NCBI RefSeq assembly: GCF_009914755.1
Contig: NC_060939.1
Length of the DNA stretch: 64,000 nucleotides
DNA from: the human T2T-CHM13v2.0 reference genome, Homo sapiens
Strand: one strand, 5' to 3'
This document shows, piece after piece, positions 52,630-64,000 of this stretch. The notes under the pieces are model-generated. The model did not search any database and had not been told where the DNA came from. It saw nothing but the letters and a program-made list of their open reading frames with translations. A program made the position numbers and the translations under genes. The first letter of the stretch is position 1. Each line of letters opens with the position of its first letter.

Positions 52630-54236
52630 TATCTCCTAGGAAGCTCAGAGTGATTAAATACCTCACAGAAAGCCACACAGCATATTGATAGTCTAGCTCA
52701 AACTTGAATGCAAGTCTGCCTGGAGTTCAGCAATCACACCCTTACTCACTGCATTATATCAATGCACATCTGTACAGTGCACGTGGCAGAGAGGAACCAG
52801 GGTAGGTATAATGAGTTTGTAACTCCAGAGAGCACCATTGTATTCCATGAGACTGGCACTGGCTAGAGCACAGTGTACAGCCTACACGGTGAATGACTCC
52901 CCATGGAGTTGTGAGACACAGTGGCCCTGTCCTGTGTTCACTTACAGGCACCAGAAGCATGGGAGGAAATAAAATCCCATGCTTATGTATATGTGCATAT
53001 ATCATATATGTCTATGTGCAGGTATGGAGTGTCTAGTATGAAGGCTGGCATCTAGTAGGTGCTCTTAGATCTTTGCTGTTTGCCTATTTAAATAAAAACA
53101 TTTTAAAATGTAAATAGAGAAGGCAGATGCCGAGACTGGAGGAGGAAGTAAGAGTTACGCCCTGTTGTGGGTAGCAGGCAGGGGCTGGAGGGAGAGTCTG
53201 GGAACAGCCAAGGGATAAAAGCTGTGATGATGGGCGGGGTCTGAGTGTGTAGAATTGGGCCTAAGATGGCTCTCAGAGGGAGGAAGAGACCTGGGTCTGC
53301 AGCAGCAATTAGAACTGTTTCTGGGGTTCACCTCACTTGCTGCCTTAGTATGAGAACTAGGTTTCCTTTGACAGCCTGTTTCTTGGGTGGTCCACTTTTG
53401 ACTCGGAGGGCTCATCAGAGGGAAAGGAAGGATGCCTATTCCTCTGGTGCCTGGTCCTCTCAGCCAGTGTCCTCTGCACCTGCCCCAGAGGGCTCTGACA
53501 CAGGCCTGGTGGAGATTGAGAGCTCAACATGGGGCCAGGTGAAGGCAAAATTCCCCAGGTTCTTAGGCAAGATTTGATTCAGATCTGTGGCTGTGAAGCC
53601 AGGCCTTTTGCCCTTAACCGGAAGTCTCCAGACAATGGATTTGCAGCCATGACTCATAGAACCCTGTCCCCACTCTCACCAGCAGAGGCTTGGCTCTGGG
53701 AAAGATGGTTCAGGACTCTGGACCTCAGGAGTCCCATTTAGAAAAGAATCAAGAGAGTGAGATGTTTGCTCAGCTGCCTTTTCCCTCCAGAGAGGGACAC
53801 TGCATGTGTCCCACCACTGCTAGGCTGAAGGAGGAGAAGAGCGAATGAGCTCTGTGTTCACAGCACATCTTCTTACCCAGCCTCTCTGGACATCCCAGGA
53901 ATGGGGGGCTTAGCTTCTGGTTTGTGACAAGGGGAGGATGCCTTCATTATCCCCTAATCCTGTCTCCGTGGCCCGGCAGCCTGACTGACAAAGCATCCTG
54001 CCTGGCACTGTGGCAACTGCCATCGAAGCCTGACCAGCTGGAGCCCAGGCGATAGTTTTTCGAAAGCTGTTACCCAAAAAAAGCAACACTGAGTTGGGTG
54101 TAGAGATAACTATCTCTGCTGTCACACCACACGGGGAGGGAGGGTAGCGACAATACCACCTCCTTCCTCGACAACGATACCTTACGGAAGCCAGAGAAAT
54201 TTAGGCATTGAAAGTAAAAACATTCAGCGTACTTAC

Positions 54237-54720
54237 CAAATGTTGACTGACTCCCCGTGAGCATTTTTTCAGCAGAGAGCTGAGGGAAACAACTTTTTCT
54301 TGTTTTCTCTCCACGCCATCCCACAGCTGACACAGCTTGGAGAAAGAACACACACCCATAGACTGCAAACACTTCTCAGGTGGCTGTGAACCCTCTCGGG
54401 GCCTCAGGCACTACAAGGTGCCCTCCCTGACCTCCTGGGTATGAAACACAGAGGAATCTAGGGCTGAGTGATTGTGTGCTACCAAAGAGAAAGAGAGAGG
54501 AAGCAAAGCCACAATTTGGATCGTCCTGTGGCTGCCGCGGCCACAGCCATCCAACCAGCAGCTCGCCTGGCAGTGCCTACTGGCAATGGGCTCTCTCTGT
54601 CTCTCTCTCCCTTTCTGTGGCTCTTTCTTGTTTTCTCTCTCCCTCTCTCTCTCTCCTTTCTTGGGGGCTGTATTGGTTCTGGAGAAGGAGGCCCCTGCCA
54701 TTGCTTCTGACATTGCACAG
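54237..54720 (-). other. Candidate alternative first exon / promoter region
   Basis: Minus strand AAAAAATG CTC ACG GGG AGT CAG TCA ACA TTT G|GTAAGT; upstream GA-rich tract and retained CpGs; no repeat recognised. Confidence 0.3.
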
Positions 54721-57569
54721 GAAAGGAAGAGTAAAAATGCTATTGAGAAAGACCTGGTTTTTCTGTTTTTCCTGGAGGGATTCCTCCCTCGCAAAGGGAG
54801 TGGATTAGAAATGATGGAATAATTCGAAGGCCACAAGTGGACAGGTGGAGCCAACACCCCTCCACACACCTGGTCAGTCCATTTTCTGCCCTCGTTCTCT
54901 CCTCCCCGTCATGATGTTGTGCTCCGCCCTTTATCTCCTTTTTTTTGGTTGTCACAGTTTCAGCTCATTGTCACTTGTGAGGAAAGTAGAAACCATCCAC
55001 TGTATCTGGTGTAAAACAGCCTCAAACCTTTTTGAGAAAAGCAGGATACAAATGAATCAATGTGCCAAGCAGTGCCCTTGGGGGCGTGGGACCTGGGTCC
55101 AGTGATCCCAGATGGTGGCCTTCCCCCAGGAGAGAGAACAGCACTGTCTCTCCTCCCCTCGCACTACAGTTTGGGTCACTGCCATCACGGATGCCTTCTC
55201 AAAACATATCTTTGACCCCTTCTTCCTTCTCTGTGGTTGCCAAGCTGACCCATCCCTTGCTCCTCAGCCATCTTCCTTTCTAAAGTTCACGAATTTGTGT
55301 TTTCCACCCCCTTCCCTTCTCTACCACCCCAGGGCCGTCGTCCACTTTGCTTGGATACTGACAGAGCCTCCTTGCCAACATTCCTCCTTTCTCCCCAAAC
55401 TGATGACAGGTGAAGATTTCCCCAAACAGCAATTTATTTAATATCATCCCTGCAGGAATATCTTCCTTGGCTGCCCATGGGCTGCAGGATAAAGTCCAAA
55501 TACCTAGTCTCAGCAAACAGAAACTTCTACATCTTGACCCTAACTTACTGTTCAAAGCATTAATCATAATAGATATTTTCAAAGCTACCATTTATGATTT
55601 ATGGGCCACTTAGTACACATCAGATACAGTGTTAAGCATTGCTTCCTGAGTTAGTTCTCACAAGAGTCCTACATGAAGTTTCATTACTTGCACTTTCCAT
55701 TTTCAGGCCTGTAGAGATGAAGCAGCTTCAGAAGGCTGACAGTGGGTCAGTGGTCAGTGGTGAGCATTGGACTGCAGATCTTATGATGTCAAAACCCATG
55801 CTCTTGACCCCTTCACTGCCCCTTCTACCTGAACGGATGCCCTGTGCTGCTGTCACACCCCTCCCCCGACCCTCCACACAGGTCCTGGGCTGTCATGGTC
55901 ACCCCCTCCCAAACCCAAACTGGTGCCTGGGGCAGAGGAGCTCTAAGAAGTCCTCAATCCATATGAGCTGAAAGTTCTCAGCCTTCAAAGTAGAAGATCG
56001 GGTGGATAAAGAAGACACGCAGCCCAGGAAGCTTCAAGTAGATGGGCAGTGAGTGCCAGCCCGCCACATCTGCTGAGTGAGAGTGGGTGGTGGAAGAGCT
56101 GGGGCTGGCTGTATTCATTTGAAACGTGGGCTCTTTCTCTGCATCCTGCAGCAGCCTCTTTCTCTGTCCACCCTTCTCGTTCACCCACCACACCCCTCGT
56201 GAAACTCCATTCCTAAGGTAATTCTCCAAATGTCCAAACCCAAGATCTACTCAGCCAAGAAGCTGGGTTCTGCCGCTCTCCCTCCCCCTGCTGTTCTGCT
56301 GCAAGGAAATGGAAGAAGGAACAACCTCGCTGGGCCACTTGGTGATTTGTTTTTTCCTTGCTCAAAGCACAAACATGCACAAATCTCAGAGTCCCCATGT
56401 TAAGCAGAGACGCTCCCTGGTCAGTCTCCTGCACTCTAACTTCCTAAAAATTAAAGAGTCAAGGCAGAATCAGACACGGTAGAAGGGAGAAAAGGCCTCT
56501 TAGTAGCCATAAAGTCCAGGTACCTCATTTTACAGGTGAGGACATCGGAGCCTGGAGAGAAATAACTTGTCCAAGGTCATTCAGTATCAGAGTGGTAGAG
56601 CCCACACAGTTCCCAAGGCCTTTTCTCCCAGGCGGAGAGCTCTTTCCCTCTCCCTGTGATGTGGCTGCTGCAGCCACACAAACCAACTGTTCTTGTTACA
56701 CGTGTCATGGTCAAATGTCCACTAGCTGCCCAAGGGCAAGATGAGTTACAAGAGCAATTCTTCCCATGACTTTACAGTTGTCAGGAGGGGTCAAGGACGC
56801 TTTCAAGATTCACACTCTGACCGTGGCAAGCCAGGTTCTCGGAGGGTTAAATGACTGATGAAAAGAAAGCCAAAGGCCGAGTCAGAACCAGGGACAGAAC
56901 GGCTGGCACAGCCCTGTCTTGCTGGGGAAGGCAAAGTTCTCCATTTTGGCAAGGTCCGTGAATGTCTCTTTTTGCTTTTCCTGGGTCTCTGGTGCACTTG
57001 TTGGATTGAATCTTAAAGCATACCCTGAATGCTAAACATCTCAGGATAATGCACTAAGTCCTTCCTCAGCTGGGCTGGCCCATCTTTCTACAGCCTCACC
57101 CTAATATACCTACTCTGCTCAGGGCACAGGAAACATAGCCCACACTTTCACATCTTCATTTACTTTTTTTTTTGTTATTCTCTCCACCAGGAATATCTTC
57201 CCCTCTTTAACTGGCAAACCTGCACTTGACTTTGAGGATGGAGTTTAAATGCCTGCTCCTTTTCATAGCCTCCTCTGGCTCTTCTCTCCTAGTCCCCTCA
57301 CTTGTCTTCCCAGAGAACTCTGTTCCTGGCACCTCTCTGCCCTTCCTGAGTTGAATTCTAGCTATTTGTTAACATGTTTTCTCCTATGGCTGTCCTGAGG
57401 CTCTCTCAAGGACAGTGACTCAGTCATATTCATCTTTGTACCCTGGGTTGTCAGCTCAGTTACTGGGACACAGAGGGAACAAAAGAATTACTACTTTAAA
57501 CTACACAGAAATGCATCTACTTAAGGAAAACTTTGCTCCAAGTTCCCAAATGGAAAAGCCAATGAAGGA

Positions 57570-57593
57570 GTTGTTGTTGTTGTTGTTGTTGTT
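57570..57593. repeat. (GTT)8 trinucleotide repeat
   Basis: Direct reading. Confidence 0.95.
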
Positions 57594-58863
57594 TGCCCCT
57601 AAGAGTATAGCAAAGGCCCCCAACCAGCCAGTTTTCATTCTGAATGGTAAAGTGTCATTTTACAAGCTGCTGCCACGAGCAAGCCTCCACGCATGTCGAA
57701 TGCACACTTGTATGCATGCACACACACATAGGAGCTAGAAGGAGCTGGTTGCTCTATGGCAAGAAGCAGCAAAGAAGATAAGATCACCATACTGCAAAGG
57801 AAGGTAAGCCACGTGATGATGTGGGTAACCCCAGGCACAGATGATACCCTCAGCGAGGCCCAGCTTAAATCTAACCACATCAACTTTTCATGAAACAGAC
57901 ATGAAAAAGTAAGACTAAGACAATTACAAAAAAGGTGGTTTAATGCCTTCTTGCCTCGATGGTATCAAAGCTATTGGCTCCAGGGCTACACTTGGGGAAA
58001 CAATTCTTTGAGATAAGGAGATGAACTATCTGCTCAAAAGAATGTGCAGGAAGCCAAGGTAACTGGGCAACACATAATGAAACGGTTTGTGGCCAATGAG
58101 CCGTCTAAACAAAAATATCCCTGGTAGGCATCAGTTGTATAAGTGAAGGAAACCAAACCCACCCTTGTTTCAAAGTGAAGACTTTGTGGGTGCCAGTGTG
58201 TGAGTGTGTGTGTGTGTGTCCTCACTAAATATTATAGTTAAAGTGAAATTCACAAGTCCTCCAGCTGTGGCTGACACTGGTATAAAATGAAAAGGTTGAG
58301 AAGGTGAGACTAGTTGTCATACAGCAACCTTGAAGTGCCTTTCCGGGTGGCACTGCCTGCTATGTGAAGGCTCATTTGCTGAATGACCATCACTACGTCA
58401 ACACAAATTGAGATCTCAGCATTGATTTATCGGTGTGTGTCCCAGAAAGACACACTGCATTTCAGCATCACGGTATTCTGATGTAGTTAGGTTCTGAATT
58501 CTCTGAGCCACAGACGATGGTATGTTTCTCCTCTCTGAAGCTCTGCTAATGCCTCGTCCCTATTTCCCTGAAATATGGTTTCCCCCATCAGTTTTCAACC
58601 TTTTCGTTTCCCCAGGCAATCTTTTGATGATTCTTTAAGGTCCCCAGATCCACAGAATGTGACAGCTGGGATGAGCTTCCGGGGGTGCCGATTGGAAGCT
58701 TTACAGGCTCTAAAACTTGCTACTGAATCTCAGCTCTGGCATTAGTCGGTGTTCTTTGATTTCAGGTAAGTCACACAACCTAAATCTCAGCTTTCTCATT
58801 TATAAATTGGGACTAACAGAACCCATCTTCTAGTTGAGTTTGCTTTAGAAATATATGAGTTAA

Positions 58864-59210
<347 letters not shown>

Positions 59211-60721
59211 TGTGAAGCTATTTTTATTACCACCACCAGCATGATCCCTTCAGACCCTCTTAATCTTGAGGTCCAGAGAGATAAAGTAACTTGTCCTAGG
59301 GAAATGAATCTTGGTTGAGACAATAACTATTGTCTCTGCTATACAATGATTAAACCAAAGATAGCAGCAATCGTAAGTGGCTGTCAGGGCTCAGGTCTAC
59401 TCGCTTCCAGGTCAGAACCACATTGGTGCCCGTACTGTGATTTATCATTGCATACTTATTTTTTTCAGAGTGTAGCACTTGATAGGTACTGTATAAATAT
59501 TTATTAATCAGCTGATTGCAAAGATCACTGCTGATTTTCAAAGCAACAGGTTTCTCTATCGTAACTGCTTCTCCTCCACACTATCACGTCCTTATAATTT
59601 CAGAACACCCATCTAGGAAGGACTCATACTAATGTGTTATCAGAGGGAAACATTCCACCCCTTTTTGGAATGCAGATATAGATTGCTCCAGATTTCAGGA
59701 ACACTAATTAGAGCCACTGGTAATTTGACTGAAGCGCTAAAGCCCCAAAGCACTCACAGAAGGCACCTTTGTACTCACACATTAGAGCTTTTGTCACTAC
59801 ATATCAAAAATGGTCAAGCTGCCTTTTGATGGTACCCGCAGGCTGGATGACAGGGTCAAGATGCCAGCCCACCAAATCCATCATCGGAAAGAAACTCGGG
59901 GCCAGCCCATCTCCTAAAAGCTGAGTATGTTGCACAGATTGCTGGTTCTAAATAGGATATTCTAATAAACATTGCTATTGTTTTTATTGTCTTGTGCAGT
60001 ATCGAATATGCTTCTCACATACTAGACTTTATGCAAAACCACCATGACCTAAATGTTTAATTCAGATCTTTATTTTCTGTTTCATAACCCCTTTTAATAT
60101 CACTGTAAAAATCTAAATGGATATACATGATGCTCTTTTGGTACCAAGCTTTTTGGGCTATACTTTTATGGTTAATATCAGGGTCACAGCAAGAGCTCAA
60201 GAGAGCATGGGTATAGCTTAAAAGTGCCTGGAATATACTTCTTGTCCTAGCAATTGATACCCTCTCATTGCTTCATTGAATTTTTCCTGTTCTTAACCTC
60301 TGCCCTTGTTTTCAGTAATATTAGTATAATGAGTTGAATAAATGGCCCTATCTATAAAGAAATGGGAAAAAAATCGGGCTTTGGCTGAAACTCCCTTGAG
60401 GATTAAAGGTATAAGGGTGAACGCAGAGGTGAACTTAGATATCTATGAAATAAACAGAGACAGGGTGTTTCTCGGAGGTTGCAGCCAGGCAAGAGTCTAA
60501 TCAGAGTCTGTGGCTGAACCTCATCAGCTTCACCAGAGGACACATCCTTTCTAGAATCTCCTGTTCCATCCCCTACTTCCTGTGGCCTACTCAGAACCTC
60601 TGGAATTGGGGATGGCTGATGGGAGTGACAGGTGGCCCATATGTTCCGTGACAATGCACTGTTCATTGCTTTTCTGAACACCTTTGAGTAGACTTTGCAC
60701 TGGATTCTGAGAACAGTGCCT

Positions 60722-61050
60722 AGACATGTACTATCCAAAAGTAGCCACCAACCATATGTAGCTGTCGAGCACTTGAAATATGGCCAGTCCAAATTGAGGT
60801 ATGCTTCAAGCATAAAACCCACACTAGATATTGAAGATGTGGTACAAAAATGAATATAAAATATCGTATTAATAAGTTTTCCATATTGATACCACGTTGA
60901 AATGATAATACTTTGGATAGATTGGGTAAAGATAAAATGTTTTATTAAGGTTAATTTCAGCTGTTTCCTTTTACTTCTTAACATGTGGCTACTAGAACAT
61001 CTAAACTGACAAATCTGATTACATTGTATTTCTACCAGACAGCACTGCTC
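60722..61050. mobile_element. MER33/MER3-like (hAT-Charlie) MITE
   Basis: GTAGCCACCAACCATATGTAGCTGTCGAGCACTTGAAATATGGCCAGTCCAAATTG...ATGTGGCTACTAGAACAT...GACAGCACTG. Confidence 0.8.
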
Positions 61051-61373
61051 TAAACAACTGCCAGAGAAACTGTCTTCATCCATGTACAAGTTAGCCCAGT
61101 GAGAACACAACTCTCCAGCCCTCTGCCCACGTTCCACTGCACTCAGAATGAAATCTGCGCTCCTTCTCTGGCTCCCGCAATGCAGAGGGACCTGGGCCCT
61201 GCCTCCCCCTCCAGCCCCCGCTTGCTGCTCACTTCAGTCATGCTGGCATTTTCCTCAGAATCTGCAGGCTTCTGCCAGGTCCAGGATCTTTGCAGCCTGT
61301 CCCCCTCATCTGTTTTTGTCGTGTGGGTCTCCTCTCAAGTGGCAGCTCCTGGGAGAAGCCTTCCCTCACCTCC

Positions 61374-62204
61374 TGTGGTAGGAAGAATAATGGCCCCCAA
61401 AGATGTCACCTCCTAATCCCTGGAACCTGTGAATATGCTACCTTACATGGCAAAAGAGACTCAAAGGAGGAAGAATTTTGAGATGGGGAGATGATCCTGG
61501 GTTATCCATGTGGGCCCCATATGATCACAAGAGTCCTCATAAGGGAAAAAGAGGGAGGAAGGGGAGTCAGAGAGGGAGGTGTGATGACAGAAGCAGAAAT
61601 TGGAGAGATGCAGGGCCATGAGCCAAGGAATGCAGGTGGCTTCCAGGAGCTGGAAAAGCCCAAGATACGATTCTTCCCTGAAGCCTTCAGAAGGAATGCA
61701 GGACTCCAACCTGTGTTAGTCCATTCTCACATTGCTACAGAGAACTACCTGACACTGCGTAATTTATAAAGAGAGGGGGTTTAATTGGCTCATGGTTCCA
61801 CAGGCTGTACATGAAGCATGGCTGGGGAGGCCTCAGGAAACTTACGATCATGGCAAAAGGTGAAGGGGAAGCAGGTACGTCTTACGTGGTGGAGCAGGAG
61901 AGAGAGAGAGTGAAGGGGGAGATGCCACACACTTTTAAACAACCAGATCTCATGAGAACTCACTCACTATCGTGAGAATAGCAAGAGGGAAATCCACTCA
62001 TAATCTGTTCACCTCCCACTAGGCCCCTACTCCAACAAAGGGGGTTATCATTCAGCATGAGATTTGGACCGGGACATAAATCCAAACCATATCACAACCA
62101 ATTTTAGACTTGTGACCTCTAGGACAATGACAGAATACATTCATATTGTTCTAAGCCAAAACATTTGTGGTTATTTGTTATAGCAGCAATAGGAAATCAA
62201 TATA
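61374..62204 (+). mobile_element. MLT1D-like MaLR solo LTR, split by a THE1/MST LTR, inserted in an L2
   Basis: TGTGGTAGGAAGAATAATGGCCCCCAAAGATGTC...TTTGTTATAGCAGCAATAGGAAATCAATATA; 5-bp TSD CCTCC at 61369-61373 and 62205-62209. Confidence 0.9.
61712..62094 (-). mobile_element. THE1D/MSTA-like MaLR solo LTR
   Basis: TGTGTTAGTCCATTCTCACATTGCT...GGCCTCAGGAAACTTACGATCATGGC...CCAAACCATATCA; 5-bp TSD CAACC. Confidence 0.9.
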
Positions 62205-62781
62205 CCTCCCAACCTGAGACTGTGCCCCACCCATGCCCCAGCTCCTCTATTCCATCCTTCTGGGTTCTTCTTTTTGTATCCTTTGCTGCTATCAGACTGT
62301 TTCTAATTTCTTTGTGGATTTGTTTACTTGTGTATTTTCTGTCTCTCCTGACTAGAATGTGAGCTCCCCTAGGGCAGAGACCTCCTATGTTATGATTACC
62401 TCTGAGTACTCTTGCCTTTGAACTAATGCCTGACACATAGCAAATGCTCACTGGTATAAATAAATGGTTGAATGAAGAAAGGCATGACAGACAAGTAGCT
62501 CTTTGAAACATTCACTTATAGCCAATTGGATATCATCTGAAAACTTTTAGGGAAAAAGTACACCCCAAATATTAATAGATGAAACGGACAACATTGACAG
62601 ATACAGATATTGGACAATACTTGCTATTTACGAGGTACCATGATGATGCTGTGGAGATACAAATAACTTGATGATCCTCCTACAGTCTCCACTGAGAGAC
62701 AAGCATGGGCACATCATAAAACATGGCCAAAGTATGGTTTTAATTGTTGGGGCCAAACGAGTGGTGGGGCTTTAGGTATGA

Positions 62782-62940
62782 GCAGTGATGTGCTGATAAA
62801 CCAGCCTGCAAAACAACAGCGAAGATAAGGGTCTGATTTGCAATGTTTGCCAATTTCTGTGGTGTAAATATTCCTACAGTGATTGATTTCAAGCTACCAT
62901 TGCGATGTCTCTGAATGTGGAGCTGGGAAGAAACATGTAC
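62782..62940 (-). mobile_element. MER63A-like MITE
   Basis: CAGTGATGTGCTGATAAA...TTTGCCAATTTCTGTGGTGTAAATATTCC...TTTCAAGCTACCA. Confidence 0.75.
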
Positions 62941-63574
62941 ACAAGGATGGTTTTGTTGAGGAGGTGGGATTTCAGTTGGGCCCATCAGGGTTGGTGGGAT
63001 GTGGATGGCCTGAGAATAGAGGAGGAGGCATCTTGCACACAAAGGGAAGAATCTCTTCAGGGCTAGTGAGGTGCGTCTCAAAGGCCCCTGTGGCTCCAGT
63101 GGGTTTCCTGTCATTGAGAGAAACAGAAATGAGCAACTAATGAGACGTCATCATGAAGAGGACTCCCTGGAAAGATGCAGGAGCAGGGAAGACATAGATA
63201 ATTTTCCAGCCCTGTGGTCATTTTAACAAGCATGGCGGTATAGCTAACGCACAGGCTGCCAAATCCCAGGGAGGAGAATCAACAGTCCGTGTTCATGGAG
63301 CTGGTCCCAAGAAATCCAGACCTGAATCCAGGCTGATGCCCTCACTCATTCTGCCTCTCACATGTTTAGGGTCGAAATAACATGCAGCTCCTCCAGCCCA
63401 AAGATGAGCCAGCAAGGGAACTTAGAACAACCCTCTTTGGAACAGTTCTCAAAGTATACCTCCCTGAAATTCCCCTCCTCATCCATGACTCAACCCCTCT
63501 AATTTGCAGGCATGGGAGGTTTGATTCTGAGGATATTAAGGTAGTGTTTAAGATGCTGGTGTGATGTTTAAGCG

Positions 63575-63800
63575 GGGGGTCAGATGGTACCCGATTCAAA
63601 TCCTGACTCCACATGACTCCTGGGGAGGTTACTTGACCTCTCTAGACTTTGGGTTCCTCATCTCTAAAATGGGGATAATAATGATATCCTCCTGAGAGGG
63701 TTTGGAGCAGATTATATGATGCCTAAGAGACACCCTCTCCTGTGCCTGGTGCATGGTAAGTGCCCAATTCATGTGCACATTGATGGTGATGATCATGTTT
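63575..63800 (+). mobile_element. MIR SINE
   Basis: TTCAAATCCTGACTCCAC...GTTACTTGACCTCTCT...TTCCTCATCTCTAAAATGGGGATAATAAT. Confidence 0.8.
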
Positions 63801-64000
63801 TCCCCCTCTTAAGGCCTTGCCAGACAGAGCAGAGCTGGTTTCCAGCAAGCCCCTTTCCCATCCATAGTCACCTGCCCATCAACTTGCTCTGAGCAGGGAG
63901 CCCTGTAGACAACTGGTGCAGCATCCTCCCAGCCCACGTCTTCCCTGCTGATCACTTTAAGAGCATGCATTCTTCTGTGTTCAGGGTGAGATGTTTTCCT

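Noticed and set aside
60403-61137. Longest ORF in the window (244 aa, minus)
   Set aside because: GTG start, runs straight through a MER33-like MITE, no recognisable domain or exon structure; most likely a chance open frame.

Overview
Primate (human-like) nuclear genomic DNA. Evidence: AluY/AluS/AluJ/FLAM SINEs, L1PA/L1PB/L1M LINEs, many MIR and L2 relics, MaLR LTRs, hAT/Tc-Mar DNA transposon fossils, global CpG depletion and no CpG island. I cannot recognise any host protein-coding exon. The only ORFs with recognisable homology are broken LINE-1 ORF2 fragments (about 20.2-21.9 kb); the others look like chance or repeat-derived ORFs. The window reads as part of a large intron or gene-poor region, with weak compositional hints of minus-strand transcription. 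I could not name the locus and see no convincing novel biological system. Most worth following up: (i) a composite 1.1-kb block at 29.06-30.23 kb flanked by a ~45-bp direct repeat (possible L1 3' transduction) containing a 26-bp palindromic, forkhead-motif-bearing minisatellite; (ii) a dense CCAATC/E-box/TCF cluster next to a Z-DNA-prone repeat at ~33 kb; (iii) candidate minus-strand alternative first exons, best at ~54.2 kb; (iv) small-scale records of repeat evolution (microsatellite born inside an Alu TSD, two Alus at one site, three-level nesting). Repeat family names come from recalled consensus sequences, not a database search, and boundaries of old repeats are approximate.
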